From an uncultured Planctomycetota bacterium (lineage in GTDB: Bacteria > Planctomycetota > Planctomycetia > Pirellulales > Lacipirellulaceae), in the NCBI GenBank assembly GCA_963719315.1, contig CAVRBU010000010.1, forward strand, positions 42,217 to 106,216: 64,000 nucleotides of DNA, given 5' to 3'. The translations under genes were made by a program, and so were the position numbers. Of the stretch, positions 18,317 through 29,019 are shown piece after piece. Numbering within the stretch: the stretch's first letter is position 1; each line of letters begins with the position of its first letter. Below the pieces are notes generated by a model. That model ran no database searches, was not told where the DNA came from, and saw only the letters and a program-made list of their open reading frames with translations.

Positions 18317-18500
18317 TAATCGCTCCAATCTGTGCGATGGCACGAATGTGAACGGTACTTCGCGGTTCGCGAACTTGGTCGCGGCGCATACCAAACGGCT
18401 TCTCATGGTGACCCTCCGAGCTAAAAGTTTGAACTTGTCATTAGAACTGCGCCTCGTATCGGTTTCAATGATTACTATAATCAGGCATTACAAATCTGCA

Positions 18501-19517
18501 TCAGGGCGTAAAGCGACCTTTTCGAATTCCAAATCCAAAGACTACACTCAAGAGCAGCAACACCATGCCAGTCGGCTCCGGAACATTGGCAGCGCCGAGT
18601 CCGCTGCCGGCACCGGACGTATTGCCGAACCGAGCCCGCCACTCGGTGTAGTCGGCCGGGCTTACCGTTCCTGGATCGTCAACTTCATTTTGCAGCGGCC
18701 CACCATTACGCCACAGCACGTAATCCGCGGCGTCAACGACGCCATTTCCGTTATAGTCACCTAGAACAGGCGGCGGGGAGGTGCCAAACCGAATGTTGTC
18801 GAAGTAAACCGTGAGCGGATAGGCAGCACCACCGGTTTTATTCAAATAGAATTCGAATCCCGTAGGGATGATGTCGTTAGGACCGCTTCCTAGCGTGCCA
18901 AAAATCTCATCGAAAGACTTCGTCTCAAACGTTAACGGATCGCTGAGTTGTGTCAGATCGATGCGCAAGTCTCGATATGTTCCTGGATCTCTACCGTCGA
19001 TGGGTATCTCGGTCACAGCGCGATTGTCCAACTGAGCCTGCACGGCGATTTGACCGCCAGGAAAGTCAGGTTGTGTGACGCCAAAGATCGTGACCCCAAT
19101 GCGCGCGAAACCTGTGTAGTCGGGAGGCGGAGTTGGATTCGGTACGCCGAACCTTTGGGTGATGGTCATATCGAAGGTGACATGATCAAGGCCCGGCGGA
19201 TCACCAATGATATTGGGATCGAGGTTTCCGGTAAGCGCCCCTACGAATGTCGCACCGCCTAGCATGTCGACACGCATCGAGTGCGTACCATCCGTGGCGC
19301 CGACTGTGTCTTGAGTTACCGTAACTCCACCGCCATTTGGTCCGAAACCTTGTAAGTCGTTTTCAAACGAGTAGGCCAAGGTATCGCTCGCATGCACGCT
19401 AGAGGCGAACGCCACCACTCCAATTGCTGTACTCACACTGAGCACCAAGTGCAAGCGGAAATTCAAAGGGAAAAGGCTGCTGTTAAGATGTCGGATCATT
19501 AAATCTAACTCCGTCAC
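18501..19517 (-). CDS. PEP-CTERM protein with dockerin-like module
   Basis: GDYNGNGVVDAADY...WRARFG; VPEPTG tail. Confidence 0.85.
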   Translation of the reverse strand: MTELDLMIRHLNSSLFPLNFRLHLVLSVSTAIGVVAFASSVHASDTLAYSFENDLQGFGPNGGGVTVTQDTVGATDGTHSMRVDMLGGATFVGALTGNLDPNIIGDPPGLDHVTFDMTITQRFGVPNPTPPPDYTGFARIGVTIFGVTQPDFPGGQIAVQAQLDNRAVTEIPIDGRDPGTYRDLRIDLTQLSDPLTFETKSFDEIFGTLGSGPNDIIPTGFEFYLNKTGGAAYPLTVYFDNIRFGTSPPPVLGDYNGNGVVDAADYVLWRNGGPLQNEVDDPGTVSPADYTEWRARFGNTSGAGSGLGAANVPEPTGMVLLLLSVVFGFGIRKGRFTP

Positions 19518-19879
19518 GAAAAGTCCCAGTGCTATGAGGGCACCAAAGAATTATTCAGCAGGCCGGAAGCTATTTATATCACGGTCTTAAATAATTGCAA
19601 GAGAATTGTGAAAAAATCTGTGTTTCCCCGCCCATCACATCGCTGGAAAAGTCTGAACGACTGTGATCGGGCCCTTGCGCCAGCACGGTGACGGTTTCAC
19701 GCAAAAACAATAGGACATCTTAAGAAAAACAGGTGTTCAGCGATTTTATTTGATACAGATGCCTCTTCGGCGGCTTCGCTGAGAGATCAGAGACGAGCAG
19801 AAAGTATGAAACTTTCGTTGACAGATATATTCAATGTCATTTAAGATATTGGCGGTCTCTTACACTATCCGGATGGCGA

Positions 19880-20434
19880 TTGCGCAAAACGAAGTTGAGT
19901 TCATTGGAAATGCGTTTACGTGCTTCGATGCTTCGGGATGCCACTCAGCAGTTGGGGGTTCAGAGACGTTATTATATGAGGGCCTGCGGTCGCTTCGGCG
20001 ATGTCTGGATCACCTTCGCAAGTATTTTCTTTGTGGCCTGTATCGGATGTGGCCCGCACTCCGATAGTCTCGCGGTTACGGGCGAAGTGAAGTTCAACGG
20101 CGTGCCATTGGATAATGGGTCAATTCGGTTCGCATCCAACACAACAGCGAATGGCAAGATGTACGCATCGGGGGCAGTGGTTAAGAACGGCGAGTTTAAG
20201 ATCCCGCAGGAAAAGGGGCTGCCTCCCGGCACCTATCGGGTTGAAATCAACTCGCCTGACACAAAAGCACCACTTGTGTCGGTACGAGTTGCACCTGGTC
20301 AACCGCTCTCGCCACCGACGGCACCCGATCGCATCCCGTCAGAGTTCAACACAGAAAGTAAACACACCGTCGATGTAAAGGCGAGCGAAAAAAATCATTT
20401 TGTATTTGAAGTCGTGAACCCGAAGGTCAAATGA
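19880..20434 (+). CDS. Planctomycete carboxypeptidase-regulatory-like lipoprotein (DUF1559 companion)
   Basis: IGCG lipobox-like, VTGEVKFNGVPL..G.I.F, GLPPGTYRVEI; true start probably downstream. Confidence 0.75.
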   Translation: MRKTKLSSLEMRLRASMLRDATQQLGVQRRYYMRACGRFGDVWITFASIFFVACIGCGPHSDSLAVTGEVKFNGVPLDNGSIRFASNTTANGKMYASGAVVKNGEFKIPQEKGLPPGTYRVEINSPDTKAPLVSVRVAPGQPLSPPTAPDRIPSEFNTESKHTVDVKASEKNHFVFEVVNPKVK

Positions 20435-20464
20435 TCGGTAGCGACGGATCGAAAGGATGATGCC

Positions 20465-21436
20465 ATGAAGAGAACTACCTATGGCTTCACGCTAGTTGAG
20501 CTCCTAGTTGTTATCGCGATTATTGGGATTTTGGTGGCTCTGCTACTACCCGCTATCCAGTCGGCACGCGAAGCGGCCCGGCGCAGTCAGTGTGTTAATA
20601 ATTTGAAGCAGCTTGGAATCGCGATGCAGAATTATCACGACGTGCATAAATCGCTGCCGATGGGGAATTTTAGCTGCTGCTGGGGCACATGGCAGATGGC
20701 CGTGTTGCCATACATCGAAGAACAGCAACTCGCGGACTTATATCGTTGGAATCCGAAGTATGCGACTATTTACGAAGACGAGTATCGATACGATGGTCAT
20801 GGGCCGCTTCCGACTACGCCGCCCGTACAATCCACGAATCTTCAGGTTGTTCAAAAGCGGATCAAAACGTTGACATGCCCGAGCGACGAGCCGCAAACGA
20901 ACTCGGCTTTCGTGAGTGGCGGAACATACCATAATTATGTTGCGAACTATGGCAACACCAATCACGTTGGTAGTAGTTGCCTACTTCCAACATGTCCGAA
21001 ATATGCTGGCAGTCCATTCATCGGCTCGGACCCGAATCCACCAATGTTTCTCGTAACTACATTCAAGCAGATCACTGATGGACTCAGCAAAACGCTTATG
21101 TTTTCGGAGACTTTGCAAGGGCGCGATGACGACTTGCGAGGCTTTACATGGTGGGGATGGTCGGCCGGCTTCGAAACATTTTCCAGCCCGAACGCGAGTG
21201 ATCCGGACTATTTGCAGCAGGCAAGCTACTGTGTTTCAACAGCGGTGAATCCGCCATGTAGCGGCGCGGTGGGTGGCGTAATGCGAGCAGCGGCACGAAG
21301 TAATCATCCGGGTGGTGTAAACGTTGCGATGTGCGACGCTTCCGTACAGTTCGTCGTTGATGACGTTGACCTAGCCACGTGGCGTGCCGCCAGTACATCT
21401 CGTGGCGAAGAGGTTTATTCCGGGTTAATTCCGTAG
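20465..21436 (+). CDS. DUF1559 prepilin-type N-terminal cleavage/methylation protein
   Basis: [50 protein letters not shown]. Confidence 0.95.
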   Translation: MKRTTYGFTLVELLVVIAIIGILVALLLPAIQSAREAARRSQCVNNLKQLGIAMQNYHDVHKSLPMGNFSCCWGTWQMAVLPYIEEQQLADLYRWNPKYATIYEDEYRYDGHGPLPTTPPVQSTNLQVVQKRIKTLTCPSDEPQTNSAFVSGGTYHNYVANYGNTNHVGSSCLLPTCPKYAGSPFIGSDPNPPMFLVTTFKQITDGLSKTLMFSETLQGRDDDLRGFTWWGWSAGFETFSSPNASDPDYLQQASYCVSTAVNPPCSGAVGGVMRAAARSNHPGGVNVAMCDASVQFVVDDVDLATWRAASTSRGEEVYSGLIP

Positions 21437-21456
21437 GGCACTAAATTAGATTTTTT

Positions 21457-22803
21457 GTGTCGATTAACAACATTGGGGTACCCTGGCGGAATCACGTGGC
21501 GACAGAAACAAAACCAAAGCGAAAATCTCGCTCAAAAGTACGCGATGCCGCGGTCGCAGATCAGGGGGACGGTGTACTCGAGGACGGACGAGGGGGGAGT
21601 GCGTCGCCGGTACAGCCGCAGCTTTTGAGCCGCATCAATGAAGCCCTTGTTTTGCGTGAGATTCGTCAGCATGGCCCCTCAACGCGTGGCGAATTATCGC
21701 AGCACATGGGAGTGACGTTCCCCACCGTCGCGAAAGCGGTTGGGTCGCTGCTCGATGCGCGGCTGTTAGAAGAATTTGACGATATGATGACGGGGCCTGG
21801 CCGACCGGCCAAGCGACTTCGCCTCTCTCGTGAGAACTCGCAAGTGGTTGGGGTGACGGTCGACGTTCATCGTTGCGAAGTTGCGTCGGCCGGCTTCGAT
21901 GGAATAGTGCGCGATGAAACTCAACAATCTTTCGCAACGCCTCAAACTTATGACGAATTGTTGCGAGCCATTGTCGCTCACATCAAATCGCTCCAATCAG
22001 TCGAGATGCCGATTCTCTGTATCGGGATTAGCGTTGTGGGCCTTGTCGATTACCGGCAGCAAGAGATCCGACTGGCAGCCAATTTGCATTTTTTGAACGG
22101 CAAGCAATTGGGAAAGGATATCGGTCGACTCGCCGGCGCCGAGTGTGTGCTGGTTCATGACGCGCACGCATTGTGCTTGGCAGAATACGTTTATGGCGAG
22201 GCCAGTAATCTCGACAGCTTCGCGGTACTCGATATGTGTGCGGGCATTGGCCTCGGCGTTATGGCGAATCACATGTTCCTGACAGGACACAGCGGTTTTG
22301 CCGGCGAAATGGGTCACATCCCATTAGTTCCCAATGGCCGCAAGTGCCATTGTGGCCGGCGCGGCTGCCTCGAAACAGTAGCCAGCGAATGGGCCTTTTT
22401 GGAACGGATCTCCGAACGGCTCGAACGGCCAATCGAATTTGAAGAGGTCATGGCTCTCGCATCGAAAGGAGACCGATTGGTTCGCTCCGAGTTGAACCGC
22501 CTATGCAAACACTTAGCGATCGCGATCGCCCATGTGGTGAACTTATTCGACCCCGAGTGTGTGTTCGTCACCGGGCGGTTGTTCGATGAATTGCCATGGC
22601 TCCGCGATCATCTGGTATCGCGAGCCAAACAAATTGCATTGGAACCGGCGTTCGAGAATTGCGAATTTAAGGCCGCCTGTGGAACTCATTTGCTGGGCGC
22701 GGTCGCCACGGCAATCAGTGCAGTCACCTCGTCGCGCGTGCATGAATTCAACGACACGCTGAGTGGCATTACGTTCGCGGTCACGCGCAGGTCGGTCGTC
22801 TAA
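21457..22803 (+). CDS. ROK-family (NagC/XylR-like) transcriptional regulator
   Basis: N-terminal wHTH, AGEMGH, CHCGRRGCLE. Confidence 0.9.
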   Translation: MSINNIGVPWRNHVATETKPKRKSRSKVRDAAVADQGDGVLEDGRGGSASPVQPQLLSRINEALVLREIRQHGPSTRGELSQHMGVTFPTVAKAVGSLLDARLLEEFDDMMTGPGRPAKRLRLSRENSQVVGVTVDVHRCEVASAGFDGIVRDETQQSFATPQTYDELLRAIVAHIKSLQSVEMPILCIGISVVGLVDYRQQEIRLAANLHFLNGKQLGKDIGRLAGAECVLVHDAHALCLAEYVYGEASNLDSFAVLDMCAGIGLGVMANHMFLTGHSGFAGEMGHIPLVPNGRKCHCGRRGCLETVASEWAFLERISERLERPIEFEEVMALASKGDRLVRSELNRLCKHLAIAIAHVVNLFDPECVFVTGRLFDELPWLRDHLVSRAKQIALEPAFENCEFKAACGTHLLGAVATAISAVTSSRVHEFNDTLSGITFAVTRRSVV

Positions 22804-23083
22804 TGGGCCGGCAAGCATGGCGAGACTGGGCGATCTTCATCAGTTATCGCGGCTTCTTTTTGCTCTCGCTGTCACTCTGCACATTTGCGAGCCTACGCGC
22901 GAAAGAACTGTCCGGGTATTCCGTTGCTTGGAAACTGATCGAGAACCAACCAACCGGCAGTTTTCTATTTGAACTTACACTTCGCAACAACAGCGAAACG
23001 CCACTCGCAGGTGATTGGGCTCTCTACTTTAACGACGCCGCCAAGTTGGTTCCCGAGTCGGTATCTGAAGAATGGGCACTGAC
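22803..23083 (+). pseudogene. 5' fragment of secreted protein, probably chitobiase/hexosaminidase N-terminal carbohydrate-binding domain, cut by element B end
   Basis: LTLRNNSETPLAGDWALYFN, then the frame runs into the att-like repeat and antisense terL. Confidence 0.6.
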
Positions 23084-23118
23084 CTCCCCGAACAGGACTC
23101 GAACTAAAACAGAGACAT

Positions 23119-24714
23119 CTACAGCGCCAAATTCCCCGGCGTCACATAGACACTCCGCGTATTTTCCGTCCTGGCGGCCAGATCGAGCCCCATCACCAGC
23201 GCCACGATCCCGTCAATCCGCTCGCAGCTTTTCTTCTTGGACGGCTTCCAGTTGTCGGCCGCATCCTGTTCGATCGAAACATTGCCGGCCATCCACCGCA
23301 GCACCGGATGCCCGGCGTGTCGCAGGCGCTTGGCCAGCACGACTTCCTCGAGCTTCTTGGTGGGCGCGCTCATGCTGGCGTAACCCTGGCCGAAAGCTAC
23401 CATTTCGAATCCCTCACCCGTCAATTGCGTGGCTAACTGGGTCGCATTCCAGCGATCAATGGCCACTTGCCGGATGTCATATTGCTTCCCAAGTTCGTTG
23501 ATGCGCGTCCGGATGCGGTCGTAGTCCACGACTTCACCGGGCGTGGCTTCCATGAAGCCAGCGCGAATCCAGTCGCCATACGGCACGCGATCCCGCCGCT
23601 CGCGCTGCCGGCGCCCTCCTCGGGAACCCAAAAGAACGGCAGCACGGAATACCCATCATCCTCCGGAAACACCAGCACCAGCGCCGACACATCGGTCGTA
23701 CTCGACAAATCCAGCCCCGCGAAACACGTCCTTCCGCTCAAATCGCCGCGTTCACCGCCACACGCATCCCACTTCTCCATCTTGAGCCACCGCACATCCT
23801 GCTCCGTCCACTGGTTGAGCCGGTAGCGGCGGAACGAATTCTCCTTGGCCGGTGATTCTTGGGCTTCCCGACAATCCTCAGCGAACTGCTCGGCGTCGAT
23901 CGTGACGCCGAAGCTGGGGTTGGCTTTGCGCCAGACTTCGGGGTCGGTCCAGTCAGCTTCGTCAGCGGCGGCCGCGATGTAGGTGAAGAAGGCCGTATCC
24001 TGGACCGTTCCGTCCAGAACTTTGAGTGCATAGTCGTGCTGCTCGTAGCAGATCGAGTGCCGGTCGTAGCCGGCCGTCGTGATCGAGAGGTGGAGCGGCT
24101 GACGGCGGGAAGCGCCGGCGTAGCGGAGCGTGTCCCACAGCTCGCGGGTCTTTTGGGCATGGAGTTCATCGATCAACACCGCGTGCGCATTGAGGCCTTC
24201 TTTGGCCGGAACGTCGGCCGACAGGGCCCGATAGAACGATTTACTGGCATGATCGACGATCCGTTTGGTGGAGCGGACTACCGTCAGCCGGGAGGACAGA
24301 TGGGGCGAGCCATCAACCATGTTGGCCGCCTCGTTGTAGACGATCGAGGCCTGGTCGCGGTCCACCGCCGCGCAATAGATTTCAGCGCCCGGTTCGGCGT
24401 CGCATGTTAATAAGTACAGACTTAATCCGGCAAAGAGGGTGCTTTTACCGTTCTTCTTGGGGACTTCCACGTAGCCGCGTCGATAGCGGCGGGTACCATC
24501 CTTCCGCTTCCAACCGAAGAGCGGCGCCACCACATCGGCCCATTGCCAGTCCAAGCAGCTCGAAGGGCTGGTTGGCCCACTGGCCTTTCGAATGCCGCAG
24601 GAAGCGGCGGAAGAACGTTCGTACGCGCTCGGCCGCCACGATGTCGAACCAACAGCCTTGTTCCACGGCCCGTTCATCGGCGGGCGAACGAATCCATTCG
24701 GACCAGTCTGCCAT
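23119..24714 (-). CDS. terL: Terminase large subunit (Terminase_1, cos-type), frameshifts near 24555 and 23615
   Basis: VPKKNGKS, LIDELH, ITTAG, GLDLS, RIDG across ORFs 24445..24714, 23433..24677, 23119..23631. Confidence 0.9.
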
Positions 24715-25180
24715 CAGCCGGCCTCCACGAAGGCGTCAAACTCGTCGGCCGCCTGGCCGCCATCCGGAATCCGAATCCGGCTCCGCGACGACGGCGTAAG
24801 GCCAAACTCAACCATCAGCTTCCGCATCGTCTCGAGGGCCTGATCGGCCACCGTGAGATAGGGCGACTTCATCGGAAATCCTTTTTCGGGCGACTTCACA
24901 ATCGTGCCGAAGCGGGCCACTTGTTGTTCGGCCTGCACCCAACGGCTGTAGGCCACGCAGTAGGCGGCGAGGGCGGAGCGATCGGCCAGCGTCAACAATC
25001 CCATATTGGCCAGCACCTGGGACGTGCGATCCCACTCGGCACGGGCCGTGGCGTCAAGGAAGTCGGGGCAGTCTGGGACCTCGACACTGAAGGCATCGGT
25101 TCGCGGTCGTTGAGCGCCCGCTTGCCTGGGTTGCCTTCGATGAGTTTAAGCACAGTTGGTCGTGGTTTTCGGCCTCGCAT
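24714..25180 (-). CDS. terS: Terminase small subunit, P27 family, frameshifted
   Basis: MRGRKPRPTVLKLIEGNPGKR...EFGLTPSSRSRI. Confidence 0.88.
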
Positions 25181-25194
25181 GGTGGGACACCCCC

Positions 25195-25282
25195 GGTACT
25201 CAATATCGCGGAAACGCGCGCGCCTTTCCCGCGACGGTATCGTTCCAAATCGATCGCTGAAACAACCTCCCCCCCCGGTACG
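25195..25282 (-). other. Candidate cos/packaging site
   Basis: Non-coding gap between HNH and terS with G-run GGGGGGGGAGG and GC-rich CGCGGGAAAGGCGCGCGCG. Confidence 0.5.
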
Positions 25283-25672
25283 CTACGCAGCGCAACGTGG
25301 TGGTAACTCCATCCGCATCGCCTCATCCCTAGCACACAATTGATCCTGTGCGATGTGGTGCGATTCACTGGAACCGTAGCGCAACGCATCATCGAGCGTC
25401 TTGCGTCGGTGACAACATCGACAGATGACTTGGGTGTTCCCAATCTCTAAGCGCCAGTCGGGGCGCACATGAATGGGAATGATGTGGTCCACTTCGTTCG
25501 ACGCCGTGATGCGTCCTTCGCCGAGGCATGGTTGGCACAACCAGCTGTCGGCCTCCCTGCGCTCACGGGCCACGCGCATCCAGTCTCGGTCGTAGCCACG
25601 CTGGGCCGGTGTACCCCGATGCAGTTCGCAAGCGGTGCGCTGTCGCTTGTTAAGATCGCTGCGTCGGATCAT
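25283..25672 (-). CDS. HNH endonuclease (terminase-associated)
   Basis: RGYDRDW, CQPC, VDHIIP, NTQVICRCCH. Confidence 0.88.
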   Translation of the reverse strand: MIRRSDLNKRQRTACELHRGTPAQRGYDRDWMRVARERREADSWLCQPCLGEGRITASNEVDHIIPIHVRPDWRLEIGNTQVICRCCHRRKTLDDALRYGSSESHHIAQDQLCARDEAMRMELPPRCAA

Positions 25673-25687
25673 GTGTCGTACCTCATT

Positions 25688-25969
25688 CTATTGCGGTGCG
25701 CCGGAAACGCAGATCGAAGTCGAGTTGCCTGTAGCATCGGATGATGAATCGTTACGCATCTGGACCTGGCCGATGCGGTACTCCCAGGTGGTGATCCGCT
25801 CTTGGCAGCGCGTGCATTCGCGTCGTCGCACGATGCGGCCACCGGGGGCCGGCCGCGTATAGACGACCTTCAGCCGCCGATGGCCGCATGCTCCGCACAC
25901 GAGGCCACGTGTCGCGTTGTGGGGCGCACCGCCCTGCCCTGCCCCGTTGTTGGTCGTTTCTGTCGCCAT
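25688..25969 (-). CDS. Zinc-ribbon protein (NrdR N-terminal-like)
   Basis: CGACG...RRRECTRCQERITTWE. Confidence 0.7.
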   Translation of the reverse strand: MATETTNNGAGQGGAPHNATRGLVCGACGHRRLKVVYTRPAPGGRIVRRRECTRCQERITTWEYRIGQVQMRNDSSSDATGNSTSICVSGAPQ

Positions 25970-26104
25970 GTTTTAGGCCGCCCTAACTTCGAGAATCTTG
26001 GGAGAATCCGCTGGATGTTCTTCCCGACTCGAGGTAACTGATGTCCTGTCGCGTTGCGATGGTCGCAGCGCAACCGATGTTTCTCTAACGCAGGAGATTG
26101 CACG

Positions 26105-26470
26105 ATGGCTACGAAGAAGAAAACCACGACCAAGAAGCCGGCCACCAAGAAAGCCGCGCCGAAGAAAGCGGGCGCCAAAAAGCCCGCGGCCAAAGCGGAT
26201 AAGGCCGCACCAAAAAAGGCGACCAAGCCCAAGAAGACGAGCGCGCTCGACTCGGCGGCCAAGGTGCTGGGCGAATCCAAAGGACCGCTCACCACCAAGG
26301 AGATGATCGACGCCATGCAGGCCAAGGGCTACTGGAAGAGCCCCGGCGGCAAGACGCCCGATCGGACGCTGTACTCGGCGATCCTGCGGGAGATTGTCGT
26401 GAAGAAAGCCGAATCGCGGTTCGCAAAGACCGAGCGGGGCAAGTTCACGCTCAAGAAGAAGGGGAACTAG
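26105..26470 (+). CDS. HARE-HTH protein with H1-like Lys/Ala-rich tail
   Basis: Paralog of 10456..10794. Confidence 0.8.
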   Translation: MATKKKTTTKKPATKKAAPKKAGAKKPAAKADKAAPKKATKPKKTSALDSAAKVLGESKGPLTTKEMIDAMQAKGYWKSPGGKTPDRTLYSAILREIVVKKAESRFAKTERGKFTLKKKGN

Positions 26471-26968
26471 GCCATGTGGCGAATTGCATTCGAGGACGGA
26501 CTGATGATGGTCATGGATGACCAGAACCAGGGATACGATTGCCTGGACCTCGACGGCTGCACGCTCGAGGCGGCCGTGCGCAGATCGACGGCTGGGCCCG
26601 CCAATACGCGTTCAACGTCGAGGCGGCCCAGCGCGAGTTGGCCGAGTACTACCCGAAACGGTAATCCTTGAAAACCAAACGTTCGTTCCCACACGGCCCC
26701 GTCCTGGGGCCGTTTCTCGTGGCGGCGGACGTTGGCCAATGGAGGCCGCCGGCCGCGACACGGGCCAACGTGGGCGCAACAGGCGGGGGAATCGGCCCGG
26801 TTGGCAAGGGGTCGGCGCGTTGGAATGGCTCGTGCCGTGGTCACCATTGGGCGGGCAGAAATAATCTTTCCGGTTTGGCGATCGGCGCTTGATGTTTCCG
26901 CCAACCCATGGCTGAATGTGGGTGTTGTTTACGGGTAACACCGAACACCGTCCCTGGGAGATGAAACC

Positions 26969-27178
26969 ATGATCGCGATTCCAACCAACGACTTTGTGCC
27001 GGGCGGCACCCACGTGCTGAACACAACCGATGGCGAACCGGGCCACGTCATGAACGGTTTCTCGTTCGAGCCCGACCTGGGCGGGTGGTACGAGTACGAG
27101 GTCGAGACCGCCTACGGCATCGAACGCTGGCTGCGGAAAGACTTCGTGTTGATGAGCGAGTTGGAACCGACCACCTAA
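26969..27178 (+). CDS. Small hypothetical protein
   Basis: ATG with upstream GGAG; first of three tightly spaced small ORFs. Confidence 0.6.
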   Translation: MIAIPTNDFVPGGTHVLNTTDGEPGHVMNGFSFEPDLGGWYEYEVETAYGIERWLRKDFVLMSELEPTT

Positions 27179-27193
27179 CCAGGAGAACACTAC

Positions 27194-27418
27194 ATGGACA
27201 TCACGTATCAAGCGATTGAATGCGAATCGATGAGCGACGCCCTGCAATGGGCCGACGCCAGCGGCCAAGGCGAAGCGGTCCTGATCGGCGGCAAGCCGAT
27301 GGTCGTACCGCAGGCCGATTGCTACCGACTCGAAGAGGCCGGCATCGAGTTCGCCTACCTCCACGACCACCAGATGCCGGACGGGTCGTACCGCATCGTC
27401 ACGGTGCCCGTGAACTGA
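27194..27418 (+). CDS. Small hypothetical protein
   Basis: AGGAG RBS, operon spacing. Confidence 0.65.
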   Translation: MDITYQAIECESMSDALQWADASGQGEAVLIGGKPMVVPQADCYRLEEAGIEFAYLHDHQMPDGSYRIVTVPVN

Positions 27419-27433
27419 TTCAGGAGATCTTCC

Positions 27434-27673
27434 ATGACTGCCACCGAACAATCCCTCCGCGCAACCTTTCGCAATATGAACGCCGCTGACTACCAGCGAA
27501 TTCGGGACGCCTACTACAAGGCGTCGGAAGGATTGCGGGCGCTCGCAGACACACTCGAATTGGCCGACGCGAGAATGCCTGGCCCGGCCAACGAACTTCT
27601 GATCGGGGAACACCTGCTGGCGTGCGAAGCCCTGTTGACCATGAAGAAGAGCGAGCTCGGACGGGTGCTGTAA
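27434..27673 (+). CDS. Small hypothetical protein
   Basis: AGGAG RBS, operon spacing. Confidence 0.65.
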   Translation: MTATEQSLRATFRNMNAADYQRIRDAYYKASEGLRALADTLELADARMPGPANELLIGEHLLACEALLTMKKSELGRVL

Positions 27674-27677
27674 CATT

Positions 27678-29018
27678 TCACGAGTCCCCTCCAACCCCGG
27701 CGCTCGCCGGGGTTTTCTCGTTGGCGGCTATCCGTCCCGCCTTCCGACCGGTGAACTTTTCCCACCGCTCGACGATCACGTCGCAGTAGAGCGCGTCGAG
27801 TTCCATCAAGAATGCGTGCCGGCCGGTCTGCTCAGCAGCGATTAGCGTCGAGCCGCTGCCCCCGAACAGGTCGAGGACGTTCTCACCAGTCCGCGACGAG
27901 TACTGCATTGCCCGCACGGCCAACTCGACTGGCTTCTCAGTGAGATGTACCATCGACTGCGGATTCACCTTTTTTACGTGCCACAGGTCGGTTGCATTGT
28001 TGGGGCCGAGGTACAGGTGCGCGGCCCCTTCCTTCCAACCGTCGAACGCGATTTCAAACGCGCCCATGAAGTCCTTGCGCGTGATCACCGGATGCTGCTT
28101 GTCCCAGACGATGCCCTGTGAGAAGTACAGACCGTTCTTCTTCAGAAATGGCGGGTAGTTGCCGAGGTTGGCATAACCGCCCCAGATGTAAAACCCGCGC
28201 CCAGGCTCAAGCACGCGAGACATGTTGCCGAACCAGGCGTCGAGCAATCGATTGAACTCTTCGTCCGTAACAAAGTCGTTTGCCAGCGGGCGGTCTTTGG
28301 CCCGGAGTTTATTCTGTGTGGGCTTCGACATCTCGGGGCGCCGGGCCAGGTCGGCCGATTGGTGGTTCTTTGGACCCTCAAACGACGATAGCCCGGCTGC
28401 GATCGCGTTGTTCGAGCGGGGCTCCACCTTAACGTTGTAGGGCGGATCGGAGTTCACCAACTGAATCTTCGCGCCATCGAGCAGCCGATCGACATCTTCT
28501 GTCTTCGACGAGTCACCACACAACAGCCGGTGATCGCCAAGGATCCACAGGTCACCGGGCTGTGTAACGGTTTCGTCCGGAGGTTCGGGGATGGCGTCCG
28601 GATCGGTGAGGCCACCTGCCACGTCGACGCCGAGGAGTTTCGCGAGCTCGTCGTTGGAGAAGCCGGTGAGGCCCAGATCATAGTTGAGCTGCTGCAGCTC
28701 GCCCAATTCAAATGCCAGCAGATCTTTGTCCCACGATGACAAGGTTGCCGTTTGATTGTCGGCGATGCGGTAGGCCCGAACTTGTTCCGGCGTGAGGCCG
28801 ATGGCCACATGCACGGGTACTTCTTCCAGGCCCAGCTTGTGGGCCGCCTTCCAGCGGGTGTGGCCCACGACGATCACGCCCGCTTCATCCACCACCACCG
28901 GCTGCCGGAAGCCGAATTCCCGGATGCTGGCGGCCAGCGCTTCGACGCCATCGTCGTTGACGCGCGGGTTGTTTTCGTAGGGGCGGATGTCGGCCAGTTT
29001 TCGCTGTTCAATCTTCAT
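27678..29018 (-). CDS. ParB N-terminal domain + N6/N4 DNA methyltransferase
   Basis: PYENNPR, SIREFGF, GHTR, HRLLCGDS, SDPPY, DLFGGSGST. Confidence 0.92.
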   Translation of the reverse strand: MKIEQRKLADIRPYENNPRVNDDGVEALAASIREFGFRQPVVVDEAGVIVVGHTRWKAAHKLGLEEVPVHVAIGLTPEQVRAYRIADNQTATLSSWDKDLLAFELGELQQLNYDLGLTGFSNDELAKLLGVDVAGGLTDPDAIPEPPDETVTQPGDLWILGDHRLLCGDSSKTEDVDRLLDGAKIQLVNSDPPYNVKVEPRSNNAIAAGLSSFEGPKNHQSADLARRPEMSKPTQNKLRAKDRPLANDFVTDEEFNRLLDAWFGNMSRVLEPGRGFYIWGGYANLGNYPPFLKKNGLYFSQGIVWDKQHPVITRKDFMGAFEIAFDGWKEGAAHLYLGPNNATDLWHVKKVNPQSMVHLTEKPVELAVRAMQYSSRTGENVLDLFGGSGSTLIAAEQTGRHAFLMELDALYCDVIVERWEKFTGRKAGRIAANEKTPASAGVGGDS

Positions 29019-29019
29019 C

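Noticed and set aside
19801..19815. ROK operator AAAGTATGAAACTTT
   Set aside because: Short imperfect dyad in AT-rich DNA with only one weak second copy near 18424; insufficient support
23084..23104. tRNA gene at the GTTCGAGTCC motifs (also 5304, 7262, 11622, 47313)
   Set aside because: Only T-arm/acceptor-like fragments; no D-arm or anticodon arm could be folded
22803..23501. 232-aa ORF as a full gene
   Set aside because: After 23083 it reads through the att-like repeat and antisense terL; chimeric
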